The notes beneath the pieces are model-generated. The model searched no databases and was not told the DNA's origin. It worked only from the letters and a program-made list of their open reading frames with translations. A stretch of DNA of 38,403 nucleotides from Chiloscyllium plagiosum (taxonomy: Eukaryota), in assembly GCF_004010195.1 (NCBI RefSeq), contig NC_057719.1:40546201-40584603 (forward strand), given 5' to 3'. Of this stretch, positions 12,071 to 24,230 are shown in pieces. The position numbers were made by a program, and so were the translations under genes. The first letter of the stretch is position 1. Every line of letters begins with the position of its first letter.

Positions 12071-12666
12071 GATTAATGCATGCTACATACCATCCCTTTA
12101 CTTTACATTGGAGACATAATGTGAAAATCTGAAATGTAACAATATAAATCCGTCTCCACGTTCGATAGCAGAGACCACTGTCGTCCCTTTAGGGACCACC
12201 TGTTACACTTCTCAAACCAGCTGGAACTTGCATGTCACAAGTACTGACAAGGCAAACAAATTTTAGAGTTCAGGCCAGGTACACCACTGAACAAATTTGA
12301 AATAAGGCTTGAGTTCATTTCAGTTTTTGACTGTGGTAGCCTGAAGAAAAGGGCCCAATTAATTTCGCAATATCCCAAATTCCCATGTAAATTGACATGA
12401 CCGCCACATGCTAACTTGGTTATTTAGCATCAGTTTTAGATCCATTAGGTGACTGCAGCAATTTAACATTTTTGCATCTAAGTCTCAAAATACTGTTTTC
12501 CCTTGAAAACGAAAGTAGATTTTTAATCCCAAATTTCACTAAATTAGAAATTATTGGCCCTGGTATTTCTGATGCTTCATTTTCATAAAGGCTCTGCTGT
12601 TATAATGTTTATAAGATGATTTGCTCCTCAATTGCCCTCTCCCAGTGATTGTTTCTCCTTCTGCAG

Positions 12667-12753
12667 GCGCACTGAAGTTATCAAATTATTGCGGCAAACT
12701 GGTGCCCATTTCTCAGAAAATGAAATTATCGATGTGGGAACTGACTTGTGCAG
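12667..12753 (+). CDS. ASPG: ASPG internal exon
   Basis: ctccttctgcAG|...CAG|GTatgg; 87 nt, phase 2-2; (R)RTEVIKLLRQTGAHFSENEIIDVGTDLC(S), compare mammalian VIGLLREAGASLS..ELEEAGTELC. Confidence 0.95.
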
Positions 12754-13089
12754 GTATGGTCTCTCATGGGCTAAGCACAGTGTGAATAATAATATTTAAA
12801 TTATAAGTTTGCTCTTTTTTTTAAAAAGTTCTACATTACTTATATTTCTCTGAAAATGAGGCAGTTTTGTTAGATAGTCATTTATTTGATGGCCTTTATG
12901 TGGACAATTTTGAATGAATCAATATTAGCATTGTTATCATGACTTGTTCATAATTTTCTTTGAGGAGTTACATATTGTGAAAAGTGCCACTTGGGTTTTG
13001 CAAATGTCCGTCAATTTTTGTTCTCAGTTCAGCTTTGGCACAAATGTGGAAAAAGAGCTGGACTCTAGAATTGGGAATGACTGCCCTGG

Positions 13090-13275
13090 ATGTTAAGGCA
13101 GCATTGGCCTGAGTATGGTATCAAGAAACCCTAGCAAAATCGGCATTCATGGGAATCAGGAGAAAACGTTCCATGCTTTGGGATCATAAAAAGATGGTAG
13201 GATTATTGAAGGTCAATCACCTCAGTCCATACACACCACTATAGGAATTTCTCAGGGTAGTGACCTAAGCCCAAG
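13090..13275 (+). mobile_element. Degenerate CR1/L2-type RT fragment
   Basis: gccctggatgttaaggcagcatt (ALDVKAA-F) and ggaatttctcagggtagtgacctaagccca (G.xQGS.L.P), both RT motifs. Confidence 0.6.
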
Positions 13276-15127
13276 AAACATGGGATCTCTCCAGCTTCAC
13301 GTAATTACAGGTTTACTCCAGAGTCCCTGACAGAACTCAGCTGCATATTGGGCAGAGTCAGCACATGTGACTCTGTCCATTCAAAATGCTGATAAACAAA
13401 AGGAGTATTCCTTGTATCAAGAAGCTGCCACCAGATATTTACATGCACACTGCTACTGCTAACCACCCTTTGAACAGGATGCCAGTGTATGTACTGATAA
13501 TAGACAAGGGCACTGCATACAGATAATGTTTACATGACAAATCGGTGCAGGTGTCATGTCACAGGTGAGCCAACTCAGGACTCATGGTGGAGGCGGCAGA
13601 ATGAAGATGGACTATTTCATGATATCTTCTTACTCTTTTTATTCTTAAACTATTCAAAATGGTGGCGGATTGTGGCAAAGCTCTCACTATATGTTACTGT
13701 ATTATTCACTAAAATGTAAGTGACAATAATTCATTCAAATCTCAGGATCCATTAAAATCTCCTTTTGGATCATCCCAATCATGAGCAAAATGCTACAAAA
13801 CTGAAGAGATCATTATTTTTATCTTATGTTCCATTTTCAGCTGCTTTTTTCAAATCAGAGATTAGATGTAGGTATCATAAAATGTATCTTTGAAAGCACC
13901 AATCACCATGACGACAGATGTATGCTCTGATTAAAGTCACAGTTGCTTTGTTCAGTTCCATCAATGGATTTTAACTGCACTTTATTAATCTCTCACTTTA
14001 AGTTGGTGAATAATTGCTCTACTAAGGTTGTTAGTGATGCAAACAGAACAAAAAAACTCCAGTGTTAGATCCTTTGCTGAGCTGTAGTAGCTTTAGACAT
14101 TTTTGAGTCAACTGAATGGTTTCAACCAGGAAGGGAAAATCACTCAGGATTCACACTCCTAATTACCTTCAAGCTCCCTTCTGCTGGAGAATGACCTACT
14201 GTCCATGACCTGTGAGAAAATTGGGTTGATCAGCCGATTGGCCCAGTAACTTGTGAGCATTCACTGTTTAGACCAGGTTTTTAAGGAAGAGCAATCATAT
14301 AGTCAACACGCCACAAGGTAGCAAACTTTAATTTCTGATTATGCAAAGTGCAGTAGGTACAATTAGGTCAAAGTTTCCTCTATTACCAATATACTTTGAA
14401 TCAGTTACAAATTCAGAGACATTCAAAGCACTTTGAGTATTTTCATGGGACTGATTTACAGTAATGTGACACACAGGATCAAAATTCAAATTCATTAAAA
14501 GAAACATGCATGAACTTTATTAAACTCAATGCCCTCATAGTAACAAGAGAAAGAGAGCAAGGAGTCTGAGGGAGAACAGGGCTGGACTTCACATTTTGAA
14601 AGCAAATTCCCATAAATTGATCTCAAAATCAACAATGAAAATTTTAGATTTATGCAACAGAAATGTTGTGACATCAGAACACGGAGCAGTAAAAAGGAAA
14701 TTATTTCAAATTTAATTACATTACATTGTACGCAATTCATTTTTAAAAAAAGCATGAAAAGGATGACTAGTACCCTAAAAGAGAAGTGAACAGGAACAGT
14801 TAGGAACTCACTTTCACTTCTTGCCCATGCTGACAATATTATTATGCTCTAGAACACTAGTAGTGACAGCCATTACTATAGTCATGCTAGTATTGTAACT
14901 TCCTTAACCTTGTTTCTTTTACAGAATTATTAGCTATGCTTGAATCTCATTGTTTTCTTGTCAGAATGTTTGTTAGCAGCTGATTTCTAATGAATAATCT
15001 CAAATGTATTGATATCCATTCTGAGTGTCATATATTGTTCACAACAGCAATTTTGACAGAAATCAATGATAAGTTCATGTCCACACTTACCAAGACAAAC
15101 TTTCAATACCAGAGTTTATTAATTCGC

Positions 15128-15454
15128 GATGCCACAGTGGTTAGCACTGCTGCCTCACAGTGCCAGGATCCCAGGTTCGATTCCAGCCTTGGGTAACTGT
15201 CTGTGTGGTGTTTGCACATTCTCCCCCTGTCTGCGTGGATTTCCTCCGGGTACTCCAGTTTCCTCCCACATTCCAGAGATGTGCAGGTCAGGTGAATTAG
15301 CCTTGCGAAATTATCTATAGTTGTTAGGTGCATTAGTGGGGGAGGGGGGGTGTACGTAGGTTACTCTTCGGAGGGTCGGTGTGGACTTGTTGGTCTGAAG
15401 GGCTTGTTTCCACACTGTAGGGAATCTAATCTAATCTAATCTAATCTAATCTAA
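15128..15454 (+). mobile_element. HE1-type V-SINE with (AATCT)n tail
   Basis: gtggttagcactgctgcctcacag...ggttcgattcc...tgtgtggtgtttgcacattctcccc; (aatct)6 at 15423-15452; reverse complement of 11755-12070. Confidence 0.92.
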
Positions 15455-16259
15455 TTGAATTTCAACTCTTATAGCTGTTATGATAAAATTTGAGCTACAT
15501 TCCCAGAACATTAGCCTTCTGGATTCTCTAGAATCTCAGGCATTTGAATTACTAATCCATTGACATTACCATGGTAACTACTTATATTTTATTCAGTGAT
15601 AAACAAATTTCTGAAATCATTTTCTCAGACATGCGTATCAGATAAATTTTTAAATAAAATCTTCCTGGTATTAAAAAGCAAAAACTATCTTTTCATCAGG
15701 GGAAGTGACAGTGGGTGTAGCTACGTGAGTAATCCTCCTCCCAATTCCCATTTACTTCAGTTTTGATTGGGTTCCTTGATGCTACATTGTCAAATCCTGC
15801 ATTGATGTCAAGAATAGTTGTTATCTCACCTGAATTCAGTTATTTTATCCAAGTTTGGACCAGTAATTATTTGAAAGAAAAGAAAAGATTGAGTCCATCT
15901 TGGCTGCTGACAGTGTGGCATTGACAGAGAGCAGTGGGACCAGACCACTTATCCATATTGTTGCAGAGAAAACTTGCATGATAGAAGAGCAATCACAAGA
16001 CTGGATGGAAGTAGATCTGAATTGGGAGATAAAAGAGAGGAGAATCTTGAGATATAATGTTAGTGTGTATGATTTTAAAAATGAGCATATTCTAATCTAA
16101 TTTGAAAAATGTTATGCATTTTAAATAATTCTTCAATAGCATAGGCATTTTGTTTGCTCAGTTAATATAATAGACCTTTAATGAATAAGTTATGAAGCCA
16201 GAATATTCACGAACATGGTGCTTTCAAAACAAGATGAGCCTAACATACTTTTAAGGATG

Positions 16260-16394
16260 AAGGGCTCTTTGATGAAGGGCTTATGCCTGAAATGTCGATT
16301 CTCCTGTTCATTGGATGTTGCCTGACCTGATGTGCTTTTCCAGCACCACACTCTCAACTCTGATCTCCAGCATCTGCAGTCCTCACTTTCTCTT
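16260..16394 (+). mobile_element. PLE pLTR 3' fragment with a decayed hammerhead, flanked by a TSD
   Basis: ttgatgaagggcttatgcctgaaatgtcga...tgatctccagcatctgcagtcctcactttctc; direct repeat cttttaaggatg at 16248-16259 and 16401-16412. Confidence 0.8.
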
Positions 16395-16470
16395 AGTATG
16401 CTTTTAAGGATGTACTGTTTTAGTCACTATCTGTGTGGGAGAAACATTAAACGTTGTTTGTTATACACAG

Positions 16471-16570
16471 CCTGGCTGCAAATGGTGACGTAGAGGGACT
16501 GAAAGCTTGGCACCTTGCAGGAATGGACTTGGACCAGTGTAGCTATGATGGACAAAATCCCCTGGAAGTT
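16471..16570 (+). CDS. ASPG: ASPG internal exon (ankyrin repeat)
   Basis: tacacAG|...GTT|GTaagc; 100 nt, phase 2-0; (S)LAANGDVEGLKAWHLAGMDLDQCSYDGQNPLEV, compare [27 protein letters not shown]. Confidence 0.95.
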
Positions 16571-16763
16571 GTAAGCAAATATTTTGAATTTTGTTTGAGA
16601 GAAACTCTGGGAAACAAAAAGAAAAATCATACAGGTGACAGGCCTCCGATAAACTTAGTTGAACGGCTGGTGATTCAAAATGGCCTTTGGCACTTTTAAT
16701 GTGAATCATATTTTTCAGTTGGGTGAAGCTAAGCTGTATGAATCTTTCTGCCTTTGCCTCCAG

Positions 16764-16829
16764 GCTTTGGCTGATGGTAATGAAGAGGTGATTGCATTCC
16801 TTCAGTCGGCATGCAAGCGAAACAGGCTG
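16764..16829 (+). CDS. ASPG: ASPG exon (last one confidently placed)
   Basis: cctttgcctccAG|...CTG|GTaaga; 66 nt, phase 0-0; ALADGNEEVIAFLQSACKRNRL, compare AEAAGNLAVVAFLQS. Confidence 0.92.
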
Positions 16830-17692
16830 GTAAGAGTCGTATAGATTCTGTGAATGCTTAGTGTGAGCACAATAATCCCAAATTGAACTGAAATTGTAAA
16901 TTTTATCAATTGGTAACTGTCCATTCTTGGTTTATTCTCTAAAGCAACAAAGCATTCTGAATTTTCACTCCAGCTCTTGCAAAGCTGCTGTGTCCAAGTC
17001 AGGGAGCCATTCCTGGCCATTATTTGAGGTGGTGAGCTCAGAAAATACATTCATCACCTTCTTAGGAGCCAAGCAGGCAATTAATCCCATTAGGAGCCTT
17101 GTTAAAAGTAGGATTAGACGGCATCTGTGATTTCCCAGGAAGGCTCCAATTTCCCAAAGTGATAGGTGAGTGGGGAGGCAGATTTACTGACCTCTCAGCC
17201 CTCCATGTGTGTCTGGGTGGGAGTGCAGCCAAAGACTACCCCATGGAGAAGACCGCCTCTGGTAGTGGCCTGGCTGCTTTCACTTTTTCTATTTAAGTCT
17301 TTTAGAAGTAGCTGAGAAGGCACAGACATATTAAGATGCCCTCCAAATACTGCAGTGGATGCTTCTTTAAAACTGGAAGGCCTGGGATGTGCCCTCCATC
17401 TTTGAGAGGCCACCCATAGAAACTGTCTCTGTGCCCCATGACTTCTCCATGTGAAAATCCTAACTTTAATTAGTCTGTTGCTGAAGATGGATTTCTGAGT
17501 TGAAATAAACTTGGATCCTGTTTCCCATCTTTGTCAAAAATTCAGCTTCATGACTATAACTGATCTGGAAGTGGTACTGGCATGCAGCAGTACATAATAC
17601 AGTAGTATTTTCAGACTGTAGGTGATGTACCTTCCTTCTCAAGGAATGAGGCCCTTAACAGTAGCTACACCTTTAGGGGACATGATGGGATC

Positions 17693-19590
17693 TTAGAATT
17701 TTACAGTACAGGAGGCATTTGACCCATCGTGATTGTACCGGCTCCTGAAAGAGCTACCCAGCCACTCCCTAACTTCAGCCCTATCTCTGTGAAGCTCTCT
17801 AACTTCATCCCTTTCAAATATATATCCAGCTCACTTTGAAAACCTCTCATGGATTCCACCTCCATCACTCTCCCAGGTTGCACCTTCTAGATTCTAACAA
17901 TTCTGAGTAAAGAAATTTCTCCTCATTTCACTCCTAGCTCTCTTGCTGACAATCTTGAAATTATGATCCCTTAGTTACTGACATGCCAACTAGTGGAAAC
18001 AGAATATCCTTCTTTACCCTGTCAAAATTGTTCATAATTTTGAACATTTCAATAAGGTTGTCTCTTAATCTTCTGAGCTCCAAGGAGAATAAGCCCAATC
18101 GCTTGAATATTTCCTTGTATCTAAAATCCTTCATTCCTGGAATCATTTTAGTATATCTGTTTTGAATTCTCTCCAGGGCTTTAACATCCTTCCTTAAACA
18201 AGATACCCAGAATTAAACACAATATTCCATATGTGTTCTGACCAATGATTTATAAAGTATTACATCACTTCTTTGCTTTTATACTTATTTATAAGCCAAA
18301 AGATCCTATAAGCCTTCTTATCAATTGTTTCAACTTGTCTGGCCACTTTCAGAGAATTATGTTCGTGAACCCAGAAGTCCCTCTGCTCCTGCACTCCCCT
18401 CATAGTTGTACTATTGAGTCTGTACTGTCTTTCCATGTTTCTTCTACCAAAATACATTACCTCTCAATTTGCTGCTTTGAAATTTATTTCCCAGGTGTCT
18501 GCCCTTTTGGCCAACTTGCCAGTGTCCCTCTGATGTCACTCATCATTACCTTCACAATACACTATTCTCCCTTCGTAGCTTTTCTGCAAATTTAATGATA
18601 TTTCCCTCAACATCCAACTCTCAATTGTTCAACGCCAATCCCTGACGGCCATCACATTCAACTCATCTCCAATATGAGAAATGTCCATCTGTATCTATCC
18701 TCTGTTTCTATATTCTTATCAACTGTTTCAACTTGCCTGGCCAGCTTCAGTGAATCTTGCACGTTAACCCAGTGGTTCTAAACCATGCTGCTGAGGACCC
18801 ATCAATCCTCAACATTTCTAATTTGCTAACTAACCTGCCATGTGGCATCCTCTCAAATGCTTTCTAAAGTCCAAATATACAATATCTGCAGCACTACCCT
18901 CACCTACTAACTCATTTAAATTTGCCAGACATGATCTACCATTCTCAAAGCCATGTTGACAGTCTGGTATAAACTTTTTTTTCTAACTGTACACTTACTT
19001 TATGGCCGCCATTAGTTTTCCCACTACTTATGTGAAGCTGACAGGTCTGAGGTTTCCTGGATTATACTTTTTCCATTTCTTAAGCAATGGTGTCACATTT
19101 GCAATCCTCCAGTCCCCCTGGACTGATCCTGTGTTCAGAGAGGCTTGGAAAAGTTCCATCAATGGCTCTGCAATTTGCTCCCTTAACTCAGCAATCTAGG
19201 CTGCATCCCATCCGGGTCTGGTAACTTCTCCACTTAGAGTGTTGTCAGCTTTGTTAGCACCTCTTCTTTATCACTATAATGTTCAGTTGCTCACCACAGG
19301 TTTTCAAGTAGACCATTGTCACCATATTCTGATTTGGTAAAGACAGAGGCAAAATTTACATTGAGTACCCTGCAAGATCTTTGCTTCAGTGAGCAGCTCA
19401 CCCTGCTTCTTCCTTATGGACTGTACTCTACTCTTCACCAATCTTTTAGTGTTAATGTGCTTGAGTAACGTTTTACTGTTGTTTTAAGCACATCCTGCCA
19501 TTCTTTACTTATGCTTCCTCTTTGCCTTCCTTATTCCAGCCTTAGCCTTTCTCCTGCATAATAGATTTACCTCATTTAACTGACTGCACA
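17693..19590 (-). mobile_element. Long degenerate CR1 ORF2 (RT and 3' end)
   Basis: Minus-strand ORFs read MIPGMKDFRY...LGLFSLELRRLRDNLIEMFKIM and YRLNST.MRGVQEQRD..VH..SLKVARQV; ~19030-19110 encodes W.IANVTPL.K....PGN.RPVS.T. Confidence 0.88.
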
Positions 19591-20365
19591 CAAGCTTCTG
19601 CAGCTTATTATTGAGTGGGATTAGTGTGGGCCTTAATATAGTAGGAAATTCCCGATAGGAATGAAAACTGCAAAAAGAATGCAATTATTATGGGACAGCT
19701 GTCAATTGAATTATCAAAATATATCGAATTAATTTTTTTTTAAAATTTCCTTTTGTTTCCTGTTTCTCTTCATTTTTTTTTTGTTTTACCTTGTTGGAAG
19801 TTTGTTTTTTCTTGTATCCTTTATATCCTGTTTTAGTGTGTTCTGAAAGATATAGAAACATAGCAAATTGGATCAGGAGTAGGCTTTTTGCTTATTAAGC
19901 CCACTCTACTGTTCCATGATTGTGGCTGATCCACTATCTCATTGCCATACTGCTGTCCTTTCCCTGTATCCCTTGACACCTTTAATGAAAGAAAATGAAC
20001 TTCCAACCAGTGGAAAAAGCAATGAAGAAAATCAGAAAGCAAAGAAAAATATTTTTAAAATGTTTTAATAATTATTAATCAATATATTCTAATCAATCAT
20101 CATTTAACTGCTTTTCCTATTGAAGTCGTTATCCACATTATCTTTCTATTGTGGTCTAATCTGATCATAGTGGAGCAAGTGAACAGATGATGGGTATATT
20201 AATTAAGGGCTAATCGAGTATGAGTCAGTTGTATAAAAAGAGATTTATATGTATATGCAATTATCATTGGTGTATGAGTTTTATGGAATGTGGTTAACAT
20301 ATATAAAGCTCTTGCTAAACATATGGGCTTGTATTCCGTTGAAGAAACACTTATCTTGTATTGTA

Positions 20366-20383
20366 TGGTAGCAGAGGATGGTT
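20366..20383 (+). promoter_or_regulatory. Primer-binding site complementary to initiator tRNA-Met
   Basis: TGGTAGCAGAGGATGGTT is the reverse complement of the 3' 18 nt of vertebrate tRNA-iMet (AACCAUCCUCUGCUACCA) and lies directly between the LTR and gag. Confidence 0.92.
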
Positions 20384-21346
20384 GAAACAAAATATGAAGA
20401 TTTGGAGTCTTATTACCCACCTTTGTTTTCTGAAAGTGAGTCTTATAACCATTGGAAGAATGAAGTAACCATGTGGACCTGGGTTACTTCTTTACCAAAG
20501 AGGAAACAAGGTATGGCCCTGACACTTCTGTTACCAGGCAGAAGCAGGATAAGAAATCAAATTCTGTCAGAATTGGAGCCTGGTCATTTGAGCATTGAAA
20601 ACGTTTTGGACAGATTGTTAATTTCCATGGATAAAATTTAATAAAAAATTGATTTATTGAAGCACAGTCAGACTTTGACAAATTTAGCAAGACTGAAGAT
20701 TGATCGAAGAAACTGTAAATAATGGAATTCAGTATCATGTGAGCAAGACTGGAGAAATTTAGTTTGGATATAATCCAATCTAGGCTGGTCTTTAAGTTAT
20801 TGGACTGCCAAAGTATCAATTATTGACAAATTTTAGTTTTGACGTGAGTTAAATTTGCAGACAAATAGACACCACTGGAACACACTTCAGAAGCCCTACA
20901 AAAGATATCTGGGTGAACGTATGTTTCTAGCAGTGGCCATTGCACAAATGGGGCCTCAGTGTACAAAGGAACATGGAAGTCACAACATTAGCAAATTAGT
21001 GAAACCACCTGGATACAAGTTACAGGCGACAGTATAAAAGGAGAACTATAACTAAGAGAAATAAAGCCAAACACTATTCATACTTTTGAGGAGCAAAATG
21101 ATTTGTGATTTACAGTAAAACCATGAACCCCAGAAATGCTCAGGGTGTAGTCAGTTAATGTTTTGAGAACAATTCAAGATCCGTCCCAAACAATATAATT
21201 TATTGAAAACTGAACATGAAACTGAAGATGGAGATACAGATCAGAAAGAGGACATTGTATTAGTCACAAGAAGAATATTTTGGTGGGAGAATCTTTCATT
21301 TGTGCTTTATTAGACAGTGGATGCACGTTTACAGTATGTGGTAAAG

Positions 21347-21558
21347 GTAAAATCAACGTAGTCCTGGAGGATTATAGGATTACACTCTCATTAGAGAGAG
21401 ATGAATAGTGGTGGATTAACCTTAACATCACCGTGCATTCGCAAACAGTGAGGTTGAGAAAGTGGGACTTTCATGGTAACCTTAACCAGAATGGCAATTG
21501 AATCTGTGCTGGTGGCATTATTCTGTATCACACATCAGCAATCCAGACAACTAAGCTA
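21347..21558 (-). mobile_element. tRNA-derived SINE inserted in the copia pol, same family as 9528-9738
   Basis: Reverse-complement similarity to 9528-9738; ends in caactaagcta (tagcttagttg A-box on the minus strand); starts just after the DSGC..TVCGK protease motif. Confidence 0.7.
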
Positions 21559-22921
21559 GTGCAATGTGGGTATGAAGAAAAACTGGAGGACCAAGATATA
21601 AGAGTAAATTGACTGATGGCATTTTTGGAAGTTTTCTTAGCTTTTATAGCTACAAATGATTAGGTGTGTAGATTTACAAGTTGCATTTTTTCAGGGAGAT
21701 CAGCTCAACGGAAAGTCGTTTCTTCTATCTCCAAAAGAGGTGGCAAACACAGTGAGAACACTGAATGTTAAATAAATGTGCTTATGATGCCACTGGAATT
21801 TTATACTTCTCAGTAAGATCATCTTTTTCAAAATTTGCCTATCCTCAGGTGAAAGCATGTTTTACTGGCATCATGAGGGGCAGTTTTCAGGTGTCTTTGT
21901 GATATGCAAATTTTTTTTTGGAAACAATGTCTTAGATGGGCTTGAAACAGAGTTCAACACTCAAAGTCAAGCTTCAGAGGTTTTTAAGTACATTATATTA
22001 GATATCAGGCAGAATGAAGCATCAGCAATCCTATGTGGAAAAGGTTAGCTTCATTGCTATTAGTCGAAGTGGGACCTGAAGAAGATGCGGCAGTTTTCGA
22101 ACTGAAATGGGGGAACTGCAAATTCTAATTGGAAAGCTGAGTTGGTTTAACACCCAAAAAAAGCCAATTTTGAATAATTAGAGCTGATTCCAACTGTGAA
22201 AAATCTTATTTGGATGAATAAAAGATTGAAAATTTTCAAAATAGAGCATTGTATTGAAATTTCAACCATTGGGAAATGTTAGGAATATGAAACTTGTTGT
22301 TCTTAGTGATGCTTCTTATGTAGATCTTGGTGATTAGTTTTTAAGTGTAGGAGAGTTTATAATTTTTCTTGTGGTAAAGGAAAGTAAATGTCTTACTTTA
22401 GCCTTTGAAGCTAAAAAGTTCAGGAAAGTGGTAAAACATATCTTACTGGTAGAAGACTCACTGTTTATGAAGCAGTGGATATGGCATTTTTCTTAGTAAA
22501 ACATCAGAAGAAATTCTAACAAGGTATTCAGCAACAACTATGGGATTACATGCACTCATTGAGATGTGTGAATAGAAAAGGACTGAACTTTTGATTTTAC
22601 AGTTTTAAAATAGATTCTGGAGAGTAGCGAAAACTCCAAATTGAAATGGATATCTGCAATCAACTATCTGACTGTTTTACAAAAAGAAGGAACAAGCTCA
22701 ACACATTTGCTTTAACCCCATATTGGAAAAATGACCCTTGGAATTTTGATGTGCAAAGAAAAATAAATAAAGCCTGTATTGTCATTTTGTATGTTTTGTT
22801 TTAGTATTTTTCTTGACTTTGAGAAAAAAGGGAATCTGTTACCATTTAAAATGGTGTGAAGGGATGCCTGTGGCCTACTGGAATGAGAGAACGTGATTAT
22901 TAATTGCTAATGTATTGTTAA

Positions 22922-24230
22922 AGCTGAAAACAAAACAGAAATTGCTGAAAATGCTCAGCAGGTCTGGCAGCATCTGTGGAGAGAAATCAGAGTTAATGTT
23001 TTGGGTCGAGTGACTCTTCCTCAGAAGAAGTTACTATAGGATCGCATGCACTCACGTGTGAATGGAAAAGGACTGGTCATGATTTTACAATTTTAAAATA
23101 GATTCTGGAGAACAGAGAAATCTCCAAATTGAAATGGTGGATACCTTTGTTAATGATATAGAAGATGGTATTAGTAATAACATTAGCAAATTTGCTGATA
23201 ATACTAAGCTGGGTGGCAGAGTGAAATGTGAGGAAGATGTTAGGAGATTACAGGGTGACCTGGACAGGTTAGGTGAGTGGTCAGATGCATGGCAGATGCA
23301 GTTTAATGTGGATAAATGTATGGTTATCTACTTTGGTGGCAAGAACAGGAAGGCAGATTACTACCTAAATGGAATCAATTTAGGTAAAGGGGCAGTACAA
23401 AGAGATCTGGGTGTTCTTGTACACCAGTCAATGAAGGTAAGCATGCAGGTACAGCAGGTAGTGAAGAAGGCTAATAGTATGCTGGCCTTCATAACAAGAG
23501 GGATTGAGTATAGAAGCGAAGAGGTTCTTCTGCAGCTGTACAGGGCCCTGGTGAGACCATACCTGGAGTACGGTGTGCAGTTCTGGTCTCCAAATTTGAG
23601 GAAAGACATTCTGGCTATTGAGGGACTGCAGCGTAGGTTCACGAGGTCAATTCCTGGAATGGCGGGACTACCTTACGCTGAAAGACTGGAGCGACTGGGC
23701 TTGAATACCCTTCAGTTTAGAAGGCTGAGAGGGGATCTGATTGAGGCATATAAGATTATTAGAGGATTGGACACTCTGGAGGCAGAAAACATGTTTCCGC
23801 TGATGGGTGAATGCCGAACCAGAGGACACAGCTTAAAAATACAGGCTGGACCATTTAGGACAGAGATGAGGAGAAACCTCTTCACCCAGAAAGTGTGGCT
23901 GTGTGGAATGCTCTGCCCCAGAGGGCAGTGGAGGCCCAGTCTCTGGATTCATTTAAGAAAGAGTTGGATAGAGCTCTCAAGGATAGTGGAATCAAGGGTT
24001 ATGGAGATAAGGCAGGAACAGGATACTGATTAAGGAGGATCAGCCATGATCATATTGAATGGTGGTGCAGGCTCGAAGGGCAGAATGGCCTACTCCTGCA
24101 CCTGTTGTCTATTGTCTATCTGCAGAAAGGTTCTGAGGGAAGATCACGCAACCCAAAACATTAACTCTGATTTCTCTCCACAGATGCTGCCAGACCTGCT
24201 GAGCTTTTCTAACAATTTCTTCTGTTTTTG
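22922..24230. mobile_element. Palindromic PLE-derived element (inverted arms ~22928-23026 and ~24131-24232) with captured centre
   Basis: The arms are reverse complements (ctcagcaggtctggcagcatctgtggagagaaatcagagttaatgttttgggt). TSD ttgctaatgtattgttaa 22904-22921 vs ttgttaatgaattgttaa 24231-24248 (16/18). Confidence 0.82.
23144..24120 (+). mobile_element. Young 5'-truncated CR1 (RT C-terminus and 3' UTR)
   Basis: 299-aa frame with ISKFADNTKLGG, WQMQFNVDKC, RDLGV, LYRALVRPYLEY.VQFWSP, RRLRGDLIEAYK and RTRGH; ends cctactcctgcacctgttgtctattgtctat. Confidence 0.95.

Noticed and set aside
13437..13737. LINE-like 3' end finishing gtgacaataattcattca
   Set aside because: The family cannot be assigned and there is no second copy in the window.
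16955..17462. Possible MITE with ctgaattttcac / gtgaaaatcct ends (similar hint at 5010-5702)
   Set aside because: The matches are too short and degenerate to support by eye.
23134..24033. Longest ORF (299 aa) as a host gene or a novel reverse transcriptase system
   Set aside because: It is the RT C-terminus of a 5'-truncated CR1. It starts in flanking DNA, has FADN in place of FADD, frameshifts near the end and is followed by a CR1 3' UTR.
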